From positions 2,880,001 to 2,944,000 of the forward strand of contig CBDFJF010000001.1 in assembly GCA_965248265.1 (NCBI GenBank): DNA of 64,000 bases, in the 5' to 3' direction. Below the pieces are notes generated by a model that had not been told where the DNA came from, ran no database searches, and saw only the letters and a program-made list of their open reading frames with translations. The position numbers were made by a program, and so were the translations under genes. Below, in pieces: positions 10,269 to 20,540 of the stretch (position 1 is the first letter of the stretch; each line of letters opens with the position of its first letter). The stretch comes from Candidatus Latescibacterota bacterium (lineage in GTDB: Bacteria > Latescibacterota > UBA2968 > UBA8231).

Positions 10269-11285
10269 TTAGTTGGGTGATGGGTTGGGATTTCGCCGCT
10301 CACAGCCCCAGCACTCGCAGCCGGTGCACGGCGGCGTTCCCCTGGGCCGGACGAAAAAACCGACCGAGTCCACCGAGGCGGAGCCGAACAGGCCGATCCC
10401 GTTCTCGACATGGAAGAGTGGCCGCTGAAAACCCTGGCCGGCCTCGCCGCTGCCCCTGTCCGCATTCACGTTGTCGGTGCGCACCAGGTCGAACCAGTTC
10501 GCGTCAACGGCGTAGAACTTGATTTTGTAACGCCCCGAGAACTGGACGCTGAACCAGGGCAGATAGAGCGACCCGTCTTCCACCCTCAGCGGGGGCGAGG
10601 TCTCATCACGTGAAATCACGTCCTCGTCGATCCAGTCGTTGTCGAACAGCAGCGGGCTGGAGTGCTCCAGGTTCGACACGGCGACCTGGTAGGAGGCGCC
10701 GCCGCCGTCGGGTTGGAGCCGGGCCTTCAGCACACCCTCGAGGTATTCCAGCTGGTTTTCCGCCGCCCCGTAGACCTGGTCGCCAATCTCGGAGAACAGA
10801 CGCAGGCGCCGCAACACAGTCTCCTCGTCGTCGTCACCTTGAGGATCCACCAGCTCCAGCTCGCCGATGTTCATGCGTTGCGGCGTGTGCGTCGTCGCGC
10901 GCACGACCGCATCGTCTCCCACCTCCACCCGCAGCTCATAGGTGCTTCCGGGTTCGACCAACGGTGCCGCGGCCGGCGGTAGATAGCGTCCGGCCGCATC
11001 CGGGTCAGAACGGTAATCGAACACGATGTCGCCGATCTGTATGGAGACACTGGCTCCAACCAGGGCCGTCTCCTCCGCCGCATAGGGAATACCGGGAGGT
11101 GCCGTGCGCCGCAGAAAGAGGGAGGGCAGCGGCGCGTCGACGATGAGGATGGCATCGACAACGATCAGGTTGTCCTCACTGGGCCCGAACAGATCATCCG
11201 GGTCGCGGTCTGCGGCCAATGGACCCGGCGCACCACAGGACAGGTGCGGTAGGAGACCGAGGAGGAGGAGGATCAGGATGTGCAT
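10269..11285 (-). CDS. DUF4249-like lipoprotein associated with a TonB-dependent receptor
   Basis: Hydrophobic signal ending LSC, PGSTYELRVEV, HVENGIGLFGS; directly downstream of the receptor gene. Confidence 0.7.
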   Translation of the reverse strand: MHILILLLLGLLPHLSCGAPGPLAADRDPDDLFGPSEDNLIVVDAILIVDAPLPSLFLRRTAPPGIPYAAEETALVGASVSIQIGDIVFDYRSDPDAAGRYLPPAAAPLVEPGSTYELRVEVGDDAVVRATTHTPQRMNIGELELVDPQGDDDEETVLRRLRLFSEIGDQVYGAAENQLEYLEGVLKARLQPDGGGASYQVAVSNLEHSSPLLFDNDWIDEDVISRDETSPPLRVEDGSLYLPWFSVQFSGRYKIKFYAVDANWFDLVRTDNVNADRGSGEAGQGFQRPLFHVENGIGLFGSASVDSVGFFVRPRGTPPCTGCECWGCERRNPNPSPN

Positions 11286-11293
11286 GACTGATC

Positions 11294-13888
11294 TCAGAAT
11301 TTGAAGTCGATACCGAAGGTAGGCATTATGGGCAGCATCTTTACAACGGCTGGTTTCTCGCCTGTGTTGTCGGGATCGTACTGGATGAACCATTCGTTGC
11401 GGCGGTTGTAGATGTTAAAGACTTGCAGGTAAAACTCGACATCCGCGCCGAAGAGTCTCCCCTGGCGCCGCATCCCGATATCCAGGCGATGGTAGGGCAG
11501 TAGCCGGGCCGTGTTGCGCCACGCCGCCAGGTATCGATCAACCGGAAGGTCAGAGGCCGGTTCACGCAGCGTATAGCGAGCCGACGCCGGCGTGTAGGCC
11601 TGGCCCGTACCATAGACGAAATTCGCCGTCCAGCTCCACTTGGCAAAGCGATAGGTCCCCGTCAGCGACAGGTCATGTCGCCTGTCGTACTTGGGTGGAA
11701 AGGAGCGGCCGCCGTCAATCTCCGGGAACGTCCGCCGCGTCCATCCCAGGGTGTAACCCAGCCAACCGCTGAGGCGTCCCCGGCGCTTCTCGGCAAACAG
11801 CTCCAGGCCGGTGGCATAGCCCTCGCCTCCGGTTTTGAAGATGTCCTCGGAAGTCTCCTGTTCAATGTTTTCCTCCGCCTCCTGGTCGATGACCACCAGG
11901 TTGGCCATGTCGGTGTAGTAGGACTCAAGGCTGATCCGATAGGTGGTGGAAGGCTCCCACTCCAATCCCGTAACCCCCTGCCAGGAGCGCCCGGGCTCCA
12001 CCGTCTCGTCAAGGGAGACCCAGACGTCGCCGCCACTGAAGCCCTCCGTAGATACCAATTGTAAGTACTGACGGTAGCTGCCTCCGGCCAGCTTCAGGCG
12101 CAATCCAGGCTGCAGCGCATGACTGATGGACAGGCGCGGATTGACGAACAGTCGCCCACCCTCCTCATAGTAGCTCGTGCGCAGGCCCAGACGCGCCTCC
12201 GTCAGTGGGGTCACCTTCCAGTTGTCCTGGACGTAGGTCGACAGCAGGTAAGGCTTGACGACCTCGTTGCCCTCGTACTGGTCGAACTGCCAGCCGTAGT
12301 CGAAGCGGTAGAGGGTGAGATCGACTCCGGTGCGTACGGTGTGATCGGCAGAGGCGAAGTAGTCCAGGTCGCCTTTGAGGGTGATGTCGCGGACGCGGTT
12401 GCGCAGTGCGATGGGCGTGCCGAAAAAGTCGACGCTGATGTCACTGTTGTACTTGGAGTACAGGGCGATCATCCGCCCGAACAGAGCCGGTGAGAACACG
12501 TGCGTCCAGCGCCCGGTCACCGCCCTGTTGCCCCAGCTGTTGCCGAAGGCAAAGGTGTTGACGCTGTCGGCCACAGCAATGTCGAGATGGTCATCACCCC
12601 CGTAGGCGCTGATCATGAGGTTATCGTTGGGGCTCAGCTGGGTGTTGACCTTGGCGTTGACGTCGTAGAACCAGTACCCCAGGCCGTCCAGGTCGTCGAC
12701 GGCCCCCCGGATCAGGCGCAGCACGGGGTCGATGTAGGTACGCCGGCCGGCCACCATCCAGGACCCGTTACCCAGGGGGCCCTCTGTCATGAGCCGGCTC
12801 GAGATCAGGCTGATGCCGCCGCTGGTGCTGAACTCACGGCGGTTGCCGTCCCGGTTCTGCACGTCGAGGACAGCGCCCAGGTTGCCGCCGTATTGTGCGG
12901 GATAGACGCCCTTATAGAAGGTGACGTCCTTTATAGCGTCAGGGTTGAAGGTGGAGAACATGCCGAAGGCGTGCGATGGATTGTAGAGCCGCATCTGGTC
13001 GAGCATGATGCCGGTCTGGTCGGGTCCACCCCCGCGCACGTAGAGCCCGCTGCTGAAATCCGACGCCGTCTGCACCCCCGGCAACAGCTGCAGAGATCGC
13101 AGCAGGTCGGGTTCGCCCATGGCCGGCATCTTCTGCAGACTCTTCATCTTGAGATTGACAACGCTCGGCTGGTGTCGAAGCTCATTTTCCAGCGGACTCG
13201 CCTCAGCCGTCACCACGACTCCGCCGATGTGCACGGACTCCCGCTCCAACTCGATGTCCCGTCGCAGTTGCTGGCCTGTTGCCAGCGAGAGCGTGTCCCG
13301 GTACGTCGCGTAGCCTATGTAGGAGACGGTTACGATACATGTCCCCGGTGGAATGTCCGGTACGGCGTAGTAACCCTCCGAGTTGGTCATCGTGCCCATC
13401 AACGGATGATCGTGCGGGGGATCCTCGACGGCGACGGCGACCGAGGCGCTTGGCAGACTCTCGCCGTCGCTGTGATCCCTGACAAAACCACTGAGCGTGC
13501 CCGTAGGTTGCTGGCTCTTGGCAACCATTGACGGCACGATGGCCAGTTGTCCCTCACTCGTAACCAGCAGTTCCGTGCCCGTCTTCTCCATCACAAAAAT
13601 CAGGGCTTCCAGGGCGTGCACGTCCGCCATGCGTACGGTCATTCTCATATCGACCGGAATGCGACTCCGGTTGTAGTTCAGCGAGAAGTTGCCTTTGCGC
13701 GCAATTTCTGCCAGCGCCGCCTCGAAAGGCACGTCTACCAGATCGATGGATACAGTTGTGAGTACGGACTTGGGCACTCTCAGCCCGTCGAACTCGATGA
13801 AGGAGGTCTGTGCCGGTGCGGGGTTGGATACAGCGGCCAGTACGGCCACCATGGAAATCCAGGTCGAAACACTCTTGTAGGGACGCAA
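11294..13888 (-). CDS. TonB-dependent receptor with N-terminal STN signalling and carboxypeptidase-regulatory-like domains
   Basis: Signal peptide; VSIDLVDVPFEAAL; GTLSGFVRD; plug GEPDLLRSLQLLPGV and VRGGGPDQ; YHRLD; C-terminal Phe; exact start uncertain. Confidence 0.9.
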   Translation of the reverse strand: MRPYKSVSTWISMVAVLAAVSNPAPAQTSFIEFDGLRVPKSVLTTVSIDLVDVPFEAALAEIARKGNFSLNYNRSRIPVDMRMTVRMADVHALEALIFVMEKTGTELLVTSEGQLAIVPSMVAKSQQPTGTLSGFVRDHSDGESLPSASVAVAVEDPPHDHPLMGTMTNSEGYYAVPDIPPGTCIVTVSYIGYATYRDTLSLATGQQLRRDIELERESVHIGGVVVTAEASPLENELRHQPSVVNLKMKSLQKMPAMGEPDLLRSLQLLPGVQTASDFSSGLYVRGGGPDQTGIMLDQMRLYNPSHAFGMFSTFNPDAIKDVTFYKGVYPAQYGGNLGAVLDVQNRDGNRREFSTSGGISLISSRLMTEGPLGNGSWMVAGRRTYIDPVLRLIRGAVDDLDGLGYWFYDVNAKVNTQLSPNDNLMISAYGGDDHLDIAVADSVNTFAFGNSWGNRAVTGRWTHVFSPALFGRMIALYSKYNSDISVDFFGTPIALRNRVRDITLKGDLDYFASADHTVRTGVDLTLYRFDYGWQFDQYEGNEVVKPYLLSTYVQDNWKVTPLTEARLGLRTSYYEEGGRLFVNPRLSISHALQPGLRLKLAGGSYRQYLQLVSTEGFSGGDVWVSLDETVEPGRSWQGVTGLEWEPSTTYRISLESYYTDMANLVVIDQEAEENIEQETSEDIFKTGGEGYATGLELFAEKRRGRLSGWLGYTLGWTRRTFPEIDGGRSFPPKYDRRHDLSLTGTYRFAKWSWTANFVYGTGQAYTPASARYTLREPASDLPVDRYLAAWRNTARLLPYHRLDIGMRRQGRLFGADVEFYLQVFNIYNRRNEWFIQYDPDNTGEKPAVVKMLPIMPTFGIDFKF

Positions 13889-13902
13889 AAAGAATTTGGC
13901 CG

Positions 13903-14961
13903 TTATTGGATAGCTCTTGGTTTCAGTCTTACCGAACCTTCTGAGCGCTGGTACTCCAGACTGGTTAGAGCTGAGATCAACTCGAGAACATCTTCCAAAG
14001 GCTGCGCCGGGACGTGAATGGTCAGTTGCTCATCCGCCATCGTTTCGTCGTCGAGAGTGAATTCGACGTCATACCAGCGCTCCAGCTGATACAGGATCTC
14101 ATGCAGCGGCGTGTTGTCGAAGAACGCTTCGCGCTGCATCCACCCCAGCTGTTTTCGGATATCGACATCCCGTGGCGCGGTCGGCGATCCGCCATTGGCC
14201 AGGGTACTCATCTGGCCGCCGGCGATCTCGACAGCGTCACGGTTTCTTCCTTCAGGCCCGAGTGAAACCCTGCCTTCTGCCACCGCCACGACGACCCGTT
14301 GCTCCGGCTGCCATGCCCTTACGTTGAATTGAGTCCCCAGCACCTCTACGACTGCTCCGTCGGCGTGAACGACGAACGCTTTCCCCACAGGCGCCACCTC
14401 GAAATAGCCCTCCCCGCTGAGAAAGACCGTGCGCTCGCCGTCGTCGAAAATCTCCGGGTACCGCAAGGTGCTCCCAGCATCCAGCCGTACCCGGGTGCCG
14501 TCGCTCATGATGATCTCGTCGTGGGATCCGCTTTCGACAGCCAGCGTCACCCATTCGGCACTCGTGTTGCTGGAGGGAGTCGCCACTTCCTGAGACCCGT
14601 AGTACACCAGCGAGCAAGCTACCAGCAGGACAGCCGCTACGGCGTAGCGCCTGATGGCGTGCGGCTGCGGCTGAAACCACTCGGCCAGTCGGCCCAACAA
14701 GTGTCCGCCATTGCGGTCCTGGGTCAACTCAGGTGCTGAGCCAGAGATGGCCGTTTCGTCGGCAATCTCGCTCCACAGCCCGTTCACATCGGACGCCCCG
14801 GAATAAGGCTCCGGGGCATCCCACACGTTGCTCATGGAAGCAATGAGGCGCTGCTTCTCAGGGTCCGACGCGATCAGGGTTTCTACCTCGATCTGCTCCT
14901 CTTCAGAGCATTCACCCGATAGATAACGCGCCAGCAACTCCCACTCGGATGGCGTGCTCAT
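13903..14961 (-). CDS. fecR: FecR family anti-sigma factor
   Basis: LLARYLSGE, one TM helix, SDGTRVRLDAGSTL, LSGEGYFEV, VLGTQFNV, LERWYDV. Confidence 0.9.
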   Translation of the reverse strand: MSTPSEWELLARYLSGECSEEEQIEVETLIASDPEKQRLIASMSNVWDAPEPYSGASDVNGLWSEIADETAISGSAPELTQDRNGGHLLGRLAEWFQPQPHAIRRYAVAAVLLVACSLVYYGSQEVATPSSNTSAEWVTLAVESGSHDEIIMSDGTRVRLDAGSTLRYPEIFDDGERTVFLSGEGYFEVAPVGKAFVVHADGAVVEVLGTQFNVRAWQPEQRVVVAVAEGRVSLGPEGRNRDAVEIAGGQMSTLANGGSPTAPRDVDIRKQLGWMQREAFFDNTPLHEILYQLERWYDVEFTLDDETMADEQLTIHVPAQPLEDVLELISALTSLEYQRSEGSVRLKPRAIQ

Positions 14962-14972
14962 CTCTCCTCCGT

Positions 14973-15644
14973 TTAAAAACGCATCGACAGCTGCGCTCCG
15001 AGGTTGCGGCGTTCGAGGTCAGCCTTGGGAACCACGCTGAACTTGTACCCCGCTGACTGGCCATACTTGTACCTCACAGCGTCACGCTTTCTCTGGATCG
15101 TTTTTGTGCCCTGGATCAGGTCATGAAGCACCTGGCCCACTACCAACCCCGCACCCACAACGATGAGTGCAATCCCCCCACCCCCCTTGGTCTTGTGATC
15201 GAGTTTCCTCAGCTGGTAGTTGAGTTCTCCTGCTTCTTCCTCGACGGGAACCTTCTCGTAGCGCTCTATTGTCCCGTTTTCTCCCGTTATATCGATGATT
15301 TCGAGATCGGTCTTCTTCCACTGGTTGTCCTTCTCGTCGACGATGGCTGCACCGGCGATGATGGAGACGACCCCCAGGGCAGCGGCACCCACATGCTTCC
15401 ATCCTGCCCTGCTTTCGCCGGCATAAAAATGCACCGTCCCGGGCAGCGGCACCGACATCAGGAACAGACCAACGCCCAACCTGCGATTGGCATCGGTGTA
15501 CTCCTCGAACGTCATTTCAGCTGGCACTGGCCAGATGGGGACCTCATTCAGCAGATCCCCGCCCGCTTGAGCCGCCGCTTGCTCTACAGAAAGCAACGAG
15601 GACGCGAGCTGCAGTGCCGCGACAAATCCGATAATCTTTCTCAC
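14973..15644 (-). CDS. Hypothetical exported/membrane protein
   Basis: Signal peptide, hydrophobic segments, C-terminal ...QLSMRF; lies between the sigma and anti-sigma genes. Confidence 0.6.
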   Translation of the reverse strand: MRKIIGFVAALQLASSLLSVEQAAAQAGGDLLNEVPIWPVPAEMTFEEYTDANRRLGVGLFLMSVPLPGTVHFYAGESRAGWKHVGAAALGVVSIIAGAAIVDEKDNQWKKTDLEIIDITGENGTIERYEKVPVEEEAGELNYQLRKLDHKTKGGGGIALIVVGAGLVVGQVLHDLIQGTKTIQRKRDAVRYKYGQSAGYKFSVVPKADLERRNLGAQLSMRF

Positions 15645-15759
15645 GATAGACCTCCAGGTTCAGTTCGGGATTTCATTTGTAGGTAATACCCTTCAGGCTC
15701 CTGTTACCCTGACAGGCTCCAAAAAAAAAATTCCCTGCCCGAATACCTCAAGCACGGGG

Positions 15760-16305
15760 TCACAGAAGCTCAGCCAGGCGATTTCGCAGGAATTCCAGCG
15801 CCCGCCCCATCTGGGTCTCGACCGTCTTGATGGAGACGCCCTGAATCTCTGCAATTTCGGCATAGGTCAGGTGATCGTATCGGTTCATCGAGAACACGAT
15901 TCGCGTCTTCTCGGGCAGCGCCGCGACGGCCCCGGCGACGGCGGTGGATATCTCTTTTTGACGCAGTTCATCCTCGGGAGTGTCCTGGCGAGGAAGCGCG
16001 GACCCCACTTCCTCGGCGCTGCGATCCTCCACATCAATGTGTCTGAGATGCTTGAGAGCCTGGTTTCTGGCGGCCGTGTACAGATAGGTTTTCACGTTCT
16101 TGGCTGGATCCAGTCGTGACCTGTTTGCCCATACGGCGAGAAAAACCTCCTGCACGAGATTCTCGGCAGTCGGGACATCCTGCACGTAGCGGCGGACAAA
16201 GTGGATCAACGGCTGACAGTAGAGGCGGAACAGCTGCTCGAACGCCTTGCCGTCACCTTCGCGAACCTTTTGAAACCTTTTCAACCCAATCGGCACTTGA
16301 GACAT
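15760..16305 (-). CDS. ECF RNA polymerase sigma-70 factor
   Basis: AENLVQEVFLAVW, YLYTAARN, LTYAEIAEIQGVSIKTVETQMGRA. Confidence 0.93.
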   Translation of the reverse strand: MSQVPIGLKRFQKVREGDGKAFEQLFRLYCQPLIHFVRRYVQDVPTAENLVQEVFLAVWANRSRLDPAKNVKTYLYTAARNQALKHLRHIDVEDRSAEEVGSALPRQDTPEDELRQKEISTAVAGAVAALPEKTRIVFSMNRYDHLTYAEIAEIQGVSIKTVETQMGRALEFLRNRLAELL

Positions 16306-16511
16306 AATTCAGCGTTGTTGAAACTCTCCAGAACGGCGTAACCGCTTTGATCGCTTTTTGGGAGTATATGTCTCCCGGGCAGTGTTATCGATACCTGCCC
16401 CAACCCGATCCGAGCACGATGGACCGCCGAGATGGGTTCGGCGACATTCAGTGGCATGGACAACTACCACAACCTGATCACCTTCACGCTTCGATCCAGA
16501 TCCGCCGATAG

Positions 16512-17888
16512 ATGCTGACCTACCGCAACATCGAACTTCCGGAGTCGACGACCGTCTCCGATTTGAAGGCGGTTGCCAGCGACTACGAGGCTATCTGCAT
16601 CACAGCGATGCGAGCCATCGTCGAACGCTACCAGGCCACGGCCGGCTACCCATACGTCGATACCAAGCTCAACCTGATCACAGGGCAGGATTTCGCCACC
16701 GGCGATCCGATCCGCGGCAAGGGGGCCATTTACGGCTGGATCCAGGGCCGGGGATTGGAGGCGCTCGCCGGACACGCCGGTTGGCTGCGGGACAAGACGG
16801 AGCATGCTGATCTGGTCACGCAGATCGAGGCGATGATGCGTGAGGTCCTCGACAATCTGGGGCGCGTGCGGGACGGTAACGACGGTCACGTCTGCTTCTT
16901 CATGACTCCGGAGGGTGCGCCCTTCACCCTGGACTCCAGTTCTCAACCGGTGCCATTCCAAGCGGGCACCGTTCACCCCTACGGCTTCAGTGATCTGTTC
17001 TCATCGAAGGGCATGTTCGCGGCCGCTGACTATCTGGGAGATGACGGTGCGCGCGCCGAAGCGCTCGAGTACGTGAACGACGTCGAAGCCTCGATGTGGG
17101 ATCGCACATTCACGACGGATCAGATAGCACTCGATCCCATCAATCGGGTCGAGTACAAAGCGGGTGCTCACGCCCATGGCCACTTGATGATTCAGATCGG
17201 CGCACCAACCCTGCTGGTCGAACGCGGCATCGAGGGTGCTGTTGAACGCGGTCTCAAAATCGTCGAGCACGAGCTGGCCACCTACGCCAACGTGGATGGA
17301 CGGATCGCGGACCTACAGGAGGGTGACTTCTGGGAGAACGTCGACGACGAGGGGCAACCCTATCTGGAAGATGACGGCTCCATCTTCTCGGATCCGGGCC
17401 ATTCACTGGAGTTCGTGGGATTGGCGGCAAAGTTTATCGCCACCGCGGAGAGCGCTTCGCCGTCATCTGATCAATCACAACGTCTGGCAGCTGCGAAGCA
17501 ACGCCTGCCTGTCATCCTCGAGCGCAACTTCGACAACGGCTACTTCCCCGGTCCGGGCGGCGTATCGAAGGGATTCGATCTGGTGTCGCGGACCCACGTC
17601 AACACCGACATGCCCTGGTGGAACCTGCCGGAGACGATCAGGGCTGCCGCCTTCTGTCTATCTCAGACTGATGACTCGGAGGAAAAGGAGATGTGCTTGC
17701 GCGTCTTCCGCCATGCACACAACGCGCTCCTGCACTACCTGCGCCCCGATCTGCACCTGATGGCCTACCAGACGCGGGACGCGGCCGGTCAACCGGTCGA
17801 CCTCATTCCGGCCACGGCCGACGCCGACCCCGGCTATCACACTGGACTCAGCTTGATCGATACCATCGGGGTTATCGAGTCACTGTAG
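16512..17888 (+). CDS. AGE family epimerase/isomerase (N-acylglucosamine 2-epimerase-like)
   Basis: WIQGR, DPGHSLE, WWNLPETIRA, DPGYH motifs of the (alpha/alpha)6 AGE family. Confidence 0.75.
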   Translation: MLTYRNIELPESTTVSDLKAVASDYEAICITAMRAIVERYQATAGYPYVDTKLNLITGQDFATGDPIRGKGAIYGWIQGRGLEALAGHAGWLRDKTEHADLVTQIEAMMREVLDNLGRVRDGNDGHVCFFMTPEGAPFTLDSSSQPVPFQAGTVHPYGFSDLFSSKGMFAAADYLGDDGARAEALEYVNDVEASMWDRTFTTDQIALDPINRVEYKAGAHAHGHLMIQIGAPTLLVERGIEGAVERGLKIVEHELATYANVDGRIADLQEGDFWENVDDEGQPYLEDDGSIFSDPGHSLEFVGLAAKFIATAESASPSSDQSQRLAAAKQRLPVILERNFDNGYFPGPGGVSKGFDLVSRTHVNTDMPWWNLPETIRAAAFCLSQTDDSEEKEMCLRVFRHAHNALLHYLRPDLHLMAYQTRDAAGQPVDLIPATADADPGYHTGLSLIDTIGVIESL

Positions 17889-17941
17889 CGAGCTGCCCTG
17901 TAGCTCGCCCGAGCCAGTCTGCGGCGCGGGTCGCCCGACCC
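17888..17941. repeat. Two short palindromes (REP-like or terminator) between convergent genes
   Basis: GCGAGCT-N7-AGCTCGC preceded by GTA, and GGGTCG-CC-CGACCC. Confidence 0.45.
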
Positions 17942-17943
17942 AG

Positions 17944-18777
17944 CTATGACCAGACGAACATCTCGTCGTCATCCTTCGACATACCGAAGAAGGCGGCCAG
18001 GACAATCCGGGGAGTCTCACCACTGATGCTGGGCACCTCGTGCACGAACTCCGAGCAGAATACGTAGAGATCCCCGGGCTGCAACTGCACCCGGACGCGT
18101 TCGATGCCCTGCGCGGCCGCATCCTCGTGGAACGTCTTGTTCCAGCCTTTGGGCATGTCGGGGCGCCAGTGGTAGCGGTAGATGAAGGTCTGGCCCTGCT
18201 CTTCGTCGATCTCGGCATCCTGAAAACACATCACACATGATAGTTGGCGCTCAAAGCGGGCGAGCGCGTAGTTGCTGCGAGGAGTCCCTTGAAGCCGGTC
18301 TCGTTCCAGAATATCCAGGTGCGGACCGTGGCCCCGCTCTTCGTAGTAGGTGCGAAAAATGGCCGGGCCGTACCGCCGGCCATCCGGTTCGTAACCGGTG
18401 ACGGCGCGCTTGTCTACGGACAGTGCCGTCAAGGTATCGTACATGAACTTCACCGGATCGTTGTAGCCCTCGAACAGGGTCTCGAACAGTTCGTGGGTCT
18501 GGCGTGCGTGGTCGAGGAAGAATTCGCGATCTCCGCCGTGGCTGCCCATGCTGGTACCGATATCGACGCGTCCCATGCCGCGCTCGCGCGGGTCGAAGAT
18601 CAGACCGCGCTCGAAAAAACGCTCCACCAGGGCCTTCGCATGATCGGGATTGTAGGCGCGTCGCATGATGAGGGCGGGAACATTGCCCGCCGTCAGCTCT
18701 TCCAGCGGACGCGAGTAGGTTGCCAGGATCTCCTCCAGGCTGGCCTCCACCGGAGCCCATGCAAGGTCTGTCGTCAT
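17944..18777 (-). CDS. Putative 2OG-Fe(II) oxygenase
   Basis: GPHLD, LQPGDLYVF, VHEV, R-x-V; ATG at 18777 overlaps the upstream stop. Confidence 0.7.
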   Translation of the reverse strand: MTTDLAWAPVEASLEEILATYSRPLEELTAGNVPALIMRRAYNPDHAKALVERFFERGLIFDPRERGMGRVDIGTSMGSHGGDREFFLDHARQTHELFETLFEGYNDPVKFMYDTLTALSVDKRAVTGYEPDGRRYGPAIFRTYYEERGHGPHLDILERDRLQGTPRSNYALARFERQLSCVMCFQDAEIDEEQGQTFIYRYHWRPDMPKGWNKTFHEDAAAQGIERVRVQLQPGDLYVFCSEFVHEVPSISGETPRIVLAAFFGMSKDDDEMFVWS

Positions 18778-19541
18778 CAGGATTTGGCCTCGAGTCCCAA
18801 TTCCTTGTGCTGTTCCTTGAGCGTCTCGGAGTATTGCTTCTTGGCCTCCAGGTCGGGCCGGCAACTCTCCCCCTCAAACACCATGGCGAACGCCTGTCTG
18901 TGACGGGTCGACGAGGTGTTGGGGTCTGCCCGGTGAATGGTCCAGCCGTGGTGGATGAGCGCGTCACCCGGGTTCAGGCTCAAAGGGGCCTCCCTGGCCT
19001 CGTCCTCCGGACCGTAGTCGGTGATCCCCTGCGAGAAGCCGAGAACGTCCGTGCGCCCATGGGGTCGAACACCTCTAAGGTGCGAGCCCGGGGCGTAGCG
19101 CAAACACCCATTCTCCTCGTCGATCGGGTCGATGGCCACCCAGATTGAGGCGACATTGCACGGTTTCAGCTTGAAGTAGTAGTTATCCTGATGGGGCGGC
19201 GTGGGATGCACCGTATTGGGCGGTTTGTTGAACCATTCCGGCTGCATGGTCTTGGCCGGTTCTCCGATCAATGTCTCGGCCAGCGTGTTCCAGCGCTCTT
19301 CGTTGCAGTATTCCTTGAAGAAGGAATCGTGTTCGCCCATCTGTTGCAGTTGCTTGAGCGTTTCCGGCTTGCCCTGCTCCTGGTAGAAGGCAGCGGCCTC
19401 CGGCAGCGTCGGCGCCACGTCACGAATGTAGCGGGCAACGTTGTCAGCCAGGACCTCGAACTCATCCGGCGGCAGGAAGCTGGTGATCTGGACGAATCCG
19501 TCACGGTCGTAGGCGCTCTTGTGGTGTTCGAAGCTCTCCAT
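18777..19541 (-). CDS. Phytanoyl-CoA dioxygenase (PhyH) family protein
   Basis: YDRDGFV, PPHQDNYY, ENGCLRYAPGSH, HRADPN. Confidence 0.92.
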   Translation of the reverse strand: MESFEHHKSAYDRDGFVQITSFLPPDEFEVLADNVARYIRDVAPTLPEAAAFYQEQGKPETLKQLQQMGEHDSFFKEYCNEERWNTLAETLIGEPAKTMQPEWFNKPPNTVHPTPPHQDNYYFKLKPCNVASIWVAIDPIDEENGCLRYAPGSHLRGVRPHGRTDVLGFSQGITDYGPEDEAREAPLSLNPGDALIHHGWTIHRADPNTSSTRHRQAFAMVFEGESCRPDLEAKKQYSETLKEQHKELGLEAKS

Positions 19542-19641
19542 GGTCCATGCTCCTTGGTTTAGTCGCCCTCAATATAATGAATCACGCATCCCAGGGGAGC
19601 AGGCGTGTCAGAGGAGACGGCAACCCTGGGAAGTGATAGAT

Positions 19642-20466
19642 TCACGTCGAGCCGGCGAGCTCGTTCCATGCCTTTCGCAGATCGTCACCAGTGACGCGGG
19701 CGTCCTGCCAGACATCGGGAAAACAGGAAAGACCGTAGGCGGGATTGGCGTTGCCCAGCTCGGGAACGACGAAGATCTCACCGTTGCCGTGTGTTTTGAT
19801 GAAGCCGAAGAGCTCGCGGGCGAACTCCAGCCACTCGAGGTACTCGGGCGTGCGTTGCTGCCCATCAAAGGTCGCCGGAATCTGGCAATGCTGGCCATGA
19901 AACGGACGCATGTGGAACTGACGGGTACGGGTGAGCAGATCCTCGCGGCCCTTCAGGTCCGGCCAGTAGGGATGGCGCAGGTGGCGGACGACGGCAAAGT
20001 GCGAGTGGTCGAAGCAAAGAGGCAGTGGCTGTTTCTCTGCCTTCTCATACCCATCACACATGTCGTAGGTGCGCTCCGGGGTTTCCGTAAACGTATCGCG
20101 GTGGGTCTCGATGCCGGTTGGCAGCTCGAACTCGCGCGCTATCTCCTGAATATTCCGAACCACCTCGATGCAATCGGCCAGGGGGGTGTCGACGTCACAG
20201 GGTTGGATGGTGGCCACGGCGGCCCCCAACTCAGTGGCCTGCTCGAAAAACGGTCGCGGATCGTCACCGACACCGAGACTACTGATTGCCCAGTAGATGA
20301 GATCGCCGCGGTCTTTCAGTTCCGGCAGCGGCGGCGACATGAGGCCGTCGAAGCCAGCGTCTTTGATGGCCTGGAACTTGTGCGACCAGGACCACTCATT
20401 TTCCTGAGACGGGTAACCGCGTACCGACCACACCGTAGCACAGAGATTTCGATTGGGTATTGGCAT
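19642..20466 (-). CDS. Xylose isomerase-like TIM barrel protein
   Basis: IKDAGFDG, IETHRDT, DHSHF, PELG; ATG at 20466. Confidence 0.75.
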   Translation of the reverse strand: MPIPNRNLCATVWSVRGYPSQENEWSWSHKFQAIKDAGFDGLMSPPLPELKDRGDLIYWAISSLGVGDDPRPFFEQATELGAAVATIQPCDVDTPLADCIEVVRNIQEIAREFELPTGIETHRDTFTETPERTYDMCDGYEKAEKQPLPLCFDHSHFAVVRHLRHPYWPDLKGREDLLTRTRQFHMRPFHGQHCQIPATFDGQQRTPEYLEWLEFARELFGFIKTHGNGEIFVVPELGNANPAYGLSCFPDVWQDARVTGDDLRKAWNELAGST

Positions 20467-20540
20467 GAGGAGCAATCTTATCGGAGAGCTGGGATGCCGG
20501 CAAGTCCTCGAAACCACTGATTTTCTGGAGGAGTGAGTAG

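Noticed and set aside
19519-20520. Long antisense ORFs (also 22972-24252, 12500-13531, 38824-39792, 42272-43201)
   Set aside because: Shadow ORFs opposite well-supported genes, expected at high GC.
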